Assembly (NCBI GenBank): GCA_040222015.1
Contig: JAVJWO010000086.1
Span: forward strand, 1 to 16,466
DNA: 16,466 bases
Direction: 5' to 3'
Source of the DNA: Coleofasciculus chthonoplastes F2-STO-03
Lineage (GTDB): Bacteria > Cyanobacteriota > Cyanobacteriia > Cyanobacteriales > Coleofasciculaceae
Shown here: positions 8,057-14,234 of the stretch, piece by piece
How the letters are laid out: the number at the start of each line of letters is the position of its first letter
Position numbering within the stretch: position 1 is the first letter of the stretch
Notes under the pieces: generated by a model
What the model was told of the DNA's origin: nothing
Seen by the model: only the letters and a program-made list of their open reading frames with translations
Database searches by the model: none
Translations under genes and position numbers: made by a program

Positions 8057-11000
8057 ATGTCAATGCGATCTATCAAGCGCCTAATTGACAAAGGTTTAAT
8101 AAATGTGCCTCTACGAACGGTATTGGTAGTCCCATTTCTGGTGCAAATTTTTGCCACAGTCGGTGTAATTGGCTGGTTATCGTTTCGCCACGGAAAACAG
8201 GCGGTGACTGAAGTAGCCACTCAATTACAAGATGAAATTACGCTTCATGTAGAGGAACGGTTGGAACGCTATTTAGCCATTCCCCATCAGATTAATCAGA
8301 GTAATCAAGATGTGATTCGGTTAGGAAGCTTGACCCTAGATAACTTACAACCGTGGGAACAGCATTTGTGGCGACAAGTGCAACAATTTGAGTCGGTGAG
8401 TTATATTGGTGTGGCGAATGAACAGCGAGAACTAATTGCGGCTGGACGGCGAAATCGGGAGCAATTGGTGATTGTCCAAGCGAATCCCGCGACCGATTTT
8501 GACTTCTATACTTATAGCACCCACAGTGAAGGCGATCGCAAGACCTTTTTAGAGAGTAGCAAAAACTACGACCCCCGCCTGCGCCCCTGGTATAAAGCCG
8601 CCTTGCAAGCGGATCAACCCACCTGGAGTGATATTTTCCCCCATTTTGGCGAAGGCGATCGCACGTTGCTAATCAGCGCCATTCAACCCGTCTACGACAG
8701 CAATCAGCAGGTTCAGGGTGTCCTAAACACAACCCTACGTCTCTCCACAATTAGTGATTTCCTGCAAACGCTAAAAATCGGTAAATCGGGACGCCTGTTT
8801 ATTATGGAACGTTCTGGATTATTAGTCGCCACATCCACTCCAGAACCACCCTTTCAACATAACCAAACTCAAATTACTCGGTTAAAAGCCAGCCAAAGTA
8901 GTGACCCCTTAATTCAAGCCAGCGCCAACTATTTAACCCAACAGTTTGGCGAGTTCAATGCGATTCAAGCGTCCCAGCGCCTGGACTTTAAGCGTCAAGG
9001 ACAGCGCCAATTTTTACAAGTCATGCCCTTACAAGATAGCCACGGATTAGACTGGTTAATTGTCGTGGTTCTCCCTGAAGCTGACTTCTTGGATCACATT
9101 CATGATAATACGCAATCGACAATCCTACTCTGTCTGGTTGCATTAATCATCGCCACAGGAGTGGGTATGGGTACCGCCCACTGGATTATTCAACCCATCC
9201 AGCGCTTAAATCAAGCCGCCAATGCTATTGCTAATGGGGAATGGGAGCAAAAAATTGAGGTTCCTCGCAACGCTGAACTGGGTAGTCTTAGCGCCGCCTT
9301 TAATCAAATGGCGGCTCAATTAAACCAATCCTTTGCCACTCTCAAAGACCAGAATCATCAGATGAACCGCTTAAATGAGGCATTGGCAAAAAGTCAGAAA
9401 CAGTTAGCTAAAATTTTAGAAACCGTACCCGTTGCTATCGTTGTGGTTGATGCTCAGGGGCAATTTCATTATACCAACGATAAGGCACAAGGGTTTATGG
9501 GAGGGGCGTTCATCCCAGACGCGATCGCGGATAATTTTTGTGCCGTTCATCACTGGTATATCGCCGGAACCGATCAATTTTATCCGACCGAAGAGTTACC
9601 GATTATTCGCGCCTTACAGGGACAACGATCTATTGTCCATAATATTGAAATTCACCAAGACGACCAGATTATTCCGATTGAAACCTGGAGCAAACCTATC
9701 CTTGATGAACAGGGTGAAATTATTTATGCCATTGCCGTTTTTAACGATATCACAGATCGCAAAAAAGCGGAAGCAGAACGGATGCGTTTTACCCAAGAAC
9801 TGGAATTCAAAGACCATCAAAATGCCGCTTGGCAGCGCCTAAACAAGCTCAAAGATGAATTTCTAGCTAATACCTCCCACCAACTTCGTACTCCTCTCCA
9901 TGGCATTGTCGGCATTGCTGAATCGTTAATCGATGGTGCTACCGGAGAGTTACCCTTACAAACCCGGATCAATTTAGGTACAATTATCGCCACAGGGCGG
10001 CGCTTATCCAACTTAGTCAATGACATTCTCGATTTTGCCAAACTCAGAAACCAAGACATTCAACTCCAGCAACAGCCCGTGGGGGTACGAGAAATAGCGG
10101 AGGTGGTTCTCCGACTCAGTTATCAACTGATTGGTGATCAAGAGTTACAACTGATTAATGCCATTTCTCCGGACTTACCTATCGCTTATGCGGATGAAAA
10201 TCGGGTGCAGCAGATTTTGCAAAACTTAGTGGACAATGCGATTAAGTTTACCGATAGAGGAACGGTCAAAATTTCGGCTCAATTGGTAAACTCAAGGCAG
10301 AAGTTAGAGGGCAGAGGTGTCGAGGTGCAGTGGGGCAAGGGAGAGTTGAAGGAGTTAACTCAAAACCATGTGCTTGAGCGAAGCGAAGGAGTAATCAGCG
10401 TGGGTTTGGAATCAACGTTATCGTCAACCGATGGCGCGAATTTTCTCAACCCGCCTCTACCAACCCGTTTCCCTATCAGCGAAGTGGAGGATCAAAACGA
10501 TGCCCTCGAACCCAGTGAAGGGTCGACAATCAAAATGCTAGCCATTACCGTATCTGACACAGGAATTGGCATCCCCAAGTCTCAAGTACACCGTATTTTT
10601 GAATCCTTTGAACAAGGGGAGGGTTCCCTAGGGCATCAGTATGGCGGTGCAGGTTTAGGATTAGCCCTGACGAAAAAGTTAGTGGAGTTGCATGGGGGAA
10701 CCATTGAGGTGCAATCAACCTTAGGCGTCGGCTCTCAGTTTACGTTTACGTTACCAATTTTTTACGGAGAAATTTCAGACTTTAAGCCAGATCCGGTTGA
10801 GTCAATAGTGGCGATTTCTAAAACAGTTTACAGCGCCAATTCTTCTGTAATTCAATCCCATATTTTCGGTAATTTTTGTCCCATTTTACTGACACTTGAT
10901 CAACCCGCCTTGACGCTAAAACAACACCAAACTATCCAGGATAACGAACCCTTAATCAACCCGTCAAAAATTTTAATCGTCGATGATGATACAGTGAATC

Positions 11001-12613
11001 GTCAGATACTTGTCAACTATTTATCCTTAGAAAATTATCAACTTGCCCAAGCCGCCAATGGTAGGGAAGCTTTAGACATAATTGAAAAGGGTTTTCAGGC
11101 TGACCTAGTTTTACTCGATGCGATAATGCCCCGCATGACGGGGTATGATGTTTGTAAAAAACTACGTGAATTCTATCCTCCAACTGAACTGCCTGTATTG
11201 ATGTTGACGGCAAACGAGCAAGTAAATGACTTGGTGGCAGGCTTTAGTGTGGGCGTGAATGATTATTTGACGAAACCGATTGCCAAACATAAACTTTTGG
11301 TCAGGATTAAAACTCATCTGCGTTTATCCACAATTGCCAAAGAAAATGCCCAACTTTACGCAGCGGTGCGGGAAAGTGAGCGGAGATTGATGCAATTTCT
11401 AGACGCTGTACCTGTGGGGATTTTTATCCTCGATGCCAGGGGCCAACCCTATTATGCCAATGAAACGGCTAAACAGATTTTAGGTCAAGGCATTGTGGAT
11501 GCTGTTACCGTTGAAGAATTAGCCGAGGTGTATCACGCCTATCGTGCGGGAACAGATCAACTCTATCCCAGCCAGCAAATGCCTATTTTTCTGGCGTTGC
11601 AGGGAAAAATTTCCACCGTTGATGATGTGGAAATTCACCGAGGGGATCAGGTTATCCCGATTGAGGTGTGGGGAACTCCTATCTATGAGGAACAGGGTAA
11701 GGTGGCTTATGGGATGGTTGCTTTTCAAGATATCCGCGATCGCAAAAAAGCGGAAGCGGAACGAGAAGCTTTTACTCGTGAGTTATTTCAACTCAATCAA
11801 GCCTACGAACGGTTTGTTCCGGGTCAATTTCTCCAGTTTTTGCAGAAAAAAAGTATTGTGGATGTGCAACTGGGGGATCACGTTCAACAGGAAATGTCGG
11901 TTCTCTTTGCCGATATTCGCAACTTTACCGCACTGTCGGAACAGATGAATCCTAGTGAAAATTTTAACTTTATCAATGCCTTCTTAAGTCGCATGGAACC
12001 TGCCATTCGGGAACATAATGGCTTTGTCGATAAATATATTGGTGATGAAATTATGGCGCTGTTTAGTGGCAATGCTGATGAAGCGGTGCAGGCGGGAATT
12101 GCCATGTTTGAGCGGCTGGCTTTATATAACCAACATCGGGCGAATTATAACTATGCACCCATTGAGATTGGGATTGGGATTAATACCGGGGAATTAATGC
12201 TGGGAACCGTGGGCGGATTTTTCCGCATGGATAGCACGGTGATTAGTGATGCGGTGAATTTAGCCGCCCGCCTGGAAGAGTTAACTAAAATTTATCAAGT
12301 ACGGCTATTAATCTCGCACCATACATTCTTGAAGTTGTCGAATTCCGGTGATTATGGGATTCGCCTTGTCGATAAGGTGAATGTGAAAGGGAAAGCCAAA
12401 AAAGTAACCGTTTATGAAGTCTTTGATGCTGATCCGCCGGAGGTGCGAAAGGCAAAGCTGGCGACAAAAACGGTGTTTGAGCATGGGCTACTGTTATATT
12501 ATCGCGATCGCCTGTCAGATGCGGCTCAAGGGTTGAGTGAATGTTTGCAGGTTAATCCAGGGGATAAGGTGGCGCAATATTACCTCAAACGCTGTCAGCA
12601 TCGGATGCGATAA
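8057..12613 (+). CDS. Membrane hybrid sensor: TM-Cache-TM-HAMP-PAS-HisKA-HATPase-receiver-PAS-class III adenylate cyclase
   Basis: TM1 VLVVPFLVQIFATVGVIGWL; Cache motif YDPRLRPWYKAA; TM2 ILLCLVALIIATGVGM; HAMP PIQRL...ELGSLSAAFNQMA. There are two PAS domains, ending DITDRK and DIRDRK. H-box FLANTSHQLRTPL, N-box NLVDNAIKFT, G1 DTGIGI, G2 GAGLGL. REC motifs ILIVDD, LLDAIMP, LTA, TKP. Cyclase motifs LFADIRNFT, DKYIGD, TVISDAVNLAARLE. Confidence 0.93.
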   Translation: MSMRSIKRLIDKGLINVPLRTVLVVPFLVQIFATVGVIGWLSFRHGKQAVTEVATQLQDEITLHVEERLERYLAIPHQINQSNQDVIRLGSLTLDNLQPWEQHLWRQVQQFESVSYIGVANEQRELIAAGRRNREQLVIVQANPATDFDFYTYSTHSEGDRKTFLESSKNYDPRLRPWYKAALQADQPTWSDIFPHFGEGDRTLLISAIQPVYDSNQQVQGVLNTTLRLSTISDFLQTLKIGKSGRLFIMERSGLLVATSTPEPPFQHNQTQITRLKASQSSDPLIQASANYLTQQFGEFNAIQASQRLDFKRQGQRQFLQVMPLQDSHGLDWLIVVVLPEADFLDHIHDNTQSTILLCLVALIIATGVGMGTAHWIIQPIQRLNQAANAIANGEWEQKIEVPRNAELGSLSAAFNQMAAQLNQSFATLKDQNHQMNRLNEALAKSQKQLAKILETVPVAIVVVDAQGQFHYTNDKAQGFMGGAFIPDAIADNFCAVHHWYIAGTDQFYPTEELPIIRALQGQRSIVHNIEIHQDDQIIPIETWSKPILDEQGEIIYAIAVFNDITDRKKAEAERMRFTQELEFKDHQNAAWQRLNKLKDEFLANTSHQLRTPLHGIVGIAESLIDGATGELPLQTRINLGTIIATGRRLSNLVNDILDFAKLRNQDIQLQQQPVGVREIAEVVLRLSYQLIGDQELQLINAISPDLPIAYADENRVQQILQNLVDNAIKFTDRGTVKISAQLVNSRQKLEGRGVEVQWGKGELKELTQNHVLERSEGVISVGLESTLSSTDGANFLNPPLPTRFPISEVEDQNDALEPSEGSTIKMLAITVSDTGIGIPKSQVHRIFESFEQGEGSLGHQYGGAGLGLALTKKLVELHGGTIEVQSTLGVGSQFTFTLPIFYGEISDFKPDPVESIVAISKTVYSANSSVIQSHIFGNFCPILLTLDQPALTLKQHQTIQDNEPLINPSKILIVDDDTVNRQILVNYLSLENYQLAQAANGREALDIIEKGFQADLVLLDAIMPRMTGYDVCKKLREFYPPTELPVLMLTANEQVNDLVAGFSVGVNDYLTKPIAKHKLLVRIKTHLRLSTIAKENAQLYAAVRESERRLMQFLDAVPVGIFILDARGQPYYANETAKQILGQGIVDAVTVEELAEVYHAYRAGTDQLYPSQQMPIFLALQGKISTVDDVEIHRGDQVIPIEVWGTPIYEEQGKVAYGMVAFQDIRDRKKAEAEREAFTRELFQLNQAYERFVPGQFLQFLQKKSIVDVQLGDHVQQEMSVLFADIRNFTALSEQMNPSENFNFINAFLSRMEPAIREHNGFVDKYIGDEIMALFSGNADEAVQAGIAMFERLALYNQHRANYNYAPIEIGIGINTGELMLGTVGGFFRMDSTVISDAVNLAARLEELTKIYQVRLLISHHTFLKLSNSGDYGIRLVDKVNVKGKAKKVTVYEVFDADPPEVRKAKLATKTVFEHGLLLYYRDRLSDAAQGLSECLQVNPGDKVAQYYLKRCQHRMR
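10394..10460 (+). repeat. Degenerate copy of the same palindromic element, in frame within a HATPase-domain loop
   Basis: An ungapped match to 2634-2700 gives about 45/67 identities by manual count, including GTTATCGTCAAC and the 3' arm AACCCGCCTCTAC. Confidence 0.75.
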
Positions 12614-12757
12614 ACAGACAGTATTTAGTCGGTTACAATCGCTTTATTTAATTAATTACTCAATAGAAACAGTTGATGACCACTATGACAGAATTAGCGG
12701 TTGTTTAAAACTATTTATCCCCTATGAAGAACCTGCTGCTGCTTAGTATCTAGGGTC

Positions 12758-12851
12758 TAATGGCACTGAAAATTTGCATTTTTTGATCACCGAAATTCTT
12801 GATATACCGTAGGGTGGGCATTGCCCACCAGCATACCAGTCAGTGACATTC
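12758..12851. mobile_element. 94-bp MITE with ~12-bp TIR and ~10-bp target duplication, carrying a GTAG REP
   Basis: TAATGGCACTGA (12758-12769) pairs with TCAGTGACATTC (12840-12851). Flanks are ATCTAGGGTC (12748-12757) and ATTTAGGGTC (12852-12861). The internal sequence is GTAG-GGTGGGCA-T-TGCCCACC (12809-12829). Confidence 0.75.
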
Positions 12852-12882
12852 ATTTAGGGTCTGCTGCAAGAAGTCTTGTAGT

Positions 12883-13848
12883 TTATGATGGATCATAAAG
12901 TTGCACTAAAAACTCGGCAACTTGTGCAGGATATTGTCCAATGGCGGTTTCATCAGAAAGGACAATTCCATCAAATCCGGCTTGTTGGATATCGTATAAA
13001 TGCACAACTTCACTGCGAGTCGGTTGGGGAAAATGGGTCATATATTCTAAGACTTGACCCGCGAGAAACTTGGGGCTGGATAATTGAGAAAACTGAGAAA
13101 TAAAATTGGCTTGTAATTGTCCAAGTGATTTTAATCCTACCTGCGCCCCTAAATCTCCGCGACAGAACCACAATTCATCAAACCCTTGATCCAGGTGGCT
13201 AAGATAGTGCATGGCTTCAGGGCGTTCGATTTTGGCAATTAAATAGCGATCGCGAATCTGCTGGCGAATCGGTGAAACCTCTTTACCGTCTAAGACAAAG
13301 GAACAAGCAAATTGCACAAAGGGATACGTCAACCCCAACTCAACCGCCCCCTGATCATGGGAGTTTAATTGTCTAAAAGGGATAGGATGATTCACCCGAT
13401 TAATTCCTTTGTAGGCACTTAACCCGCCATTGGTTAAAACTTTAGCCGTCGCCCTCTTATCCTGAATTGCGATAACTTCGAGTTGAATTCGGGCATCGTT
13501 GAGCAATAAAATATCACCTATACTTAAGGCTTGGAATAAGTTTTTGTAGGGAATCGGTATTTGTGTCATATCGTCCGAAAACTGACCCAAAAACAAGTGG
13601 ACTTTTTCCGGAATAGAGTCACAACGGGGATAATTACCCACTCGCATTTTCGCGCCTTGTAAATCTAAAACCAGGGGTAAGGTTTTACCTTGTTCGGTGA
13701 AGATTTGCGCCAAGCGTTCTAACCAGGTTTTTAATCCTTCTGCTGTAATATGGGCTACATTCAGCCGAAAGCGATCGGCGGTTCGGGTCAACTGAGTAAT
13801 CAGGCGTTTGTTTTCACTAGCGGGTCCTAATGTAAATACTGTTTTCAT
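12883..13848 (-). CDS. pyk: Short, divergent pyruvate kinase-like protein (A barrel and B domain only)
   Basis: PK motifs appear in order: TLGPAS, FRLNVAH, LDLQGAKMRVG, LLNDA, KGIN, SFV, IAKIERPEA, RGDLG, PTRSEV, LSDETAIGQYP. At 321 aa it ends right after the barrel. Confidence 0.8.
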   Translation of the reverse strand: MKTVFTLGPASENKRLITQLTRTADRFRLNVAHITAEGLKTWLERLAQIFTEQGKTLPLVLDLQGAKMRVGNYPRCDSIPEKVHLFLGQFSDDMTQIPIPYKNLFQALSIGDILLLNDARIQLEVIAIQDKRATAKVLTNGGLSAYKGINRVNHPIPFRQLNSHDQGAVELGLTYPFVQFACSFVLDGKEVSPIRQQIRDRYLIAKIERPEAMHYLSHLDQGFDELWFCRGDLGAQVGLKSLGQLQANFISQFSQLSSPKFLAGQVLEYMTHFPQPTRSEVVHLYDIQQAGFDGIVLSDETAIGQYPAQVAEFLVQLYDPS

Positions 13849-13861
13849 CTATTTCTAAGTA

Positions 13862-13966
13862 ATGGCGTGGCACGGCTAAAATTGTGGAATAAATTTTACG
13901 GTTAAACCGGGCGCAAGGATGGTACCCCGACAACGCTAATCCACTAAATTAGGTATACCACGCCAG
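13862..13966. mobile_element. TA-flanked MITE with 26-bp TIR, inserted into the GTAG of a REP; carries a degenerate REP-like hairpin
   Basis: TGGCGTGGCACGGCTAAAATTGTGGA (13863-13888) matches the reverse complement of 13940-13965, TGGCGTGGTATACCTAATTTAGTGGA, at 19/26. TA occurs at 13860-13861 and 13967-13968. The internal sequence is CGGGCGCAAGGATGGTACCCCGAC. Confidence 0.75.
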
Positions 13967-14125
13967 TAGGGTGGGTTAGGCACGGGTATAATTTTAGCGA
14001 TAAGCCAATGAATTTTGATTCGTGCCGTAACCCACCATCAAACAATATGTAACTGAGTTAAGTGATAAGTAGTAACCACCCAACCTTTGAGTAATGGTGC
14101 GTTACGCTACGCTAACGCACCCTAC
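13966..14125. repeat. Inverted pair of GTAG-class REP hairpins (REPIN/BIME-like)
   Basis: GTAG-GGTGGGTTAGGCACG, a 36-nt loop and CGTGCCGTAACCCACC (13966-14036), then GGTGCGTTACGCTACGCTAACGCACC-CTAC (14096-14125). Confidence 0.8.
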
Positions 14126-14234
14126 GATGTGCTGTAAACTTTTTCTGGAATAGTACGATCGCGAATCAATGGAGATGCGGTACGATAGGGCATTGACTTG
14201 TTACAATTTCCATTAATTCTCGTTTTAGAGTGTC

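Noticed and set aside
6303..12613. DGR-like template/variable repeat pair between the two cyclase modules
   Set aside because: Differences are not restricted to adenines, both copies are intact coding paralogues, and no reverse transcriptase is present.
9432..12746. Alternative-frame and antisense ORFs inside the hybrid cyclase gene (e.g. 9432..9842, 11544..11948)
   Set aside because: They are shadow ORFs of a well-supported CDS. The two longer ones mirror the duplicated PAS DNA, and none has independent evidence.
12614..12882. Frameshifted remnant of the pyruvate kinase C domain
   Set aside because: The space is too short, partly MITE-derived and has no recognisable PK C-domain sequence.
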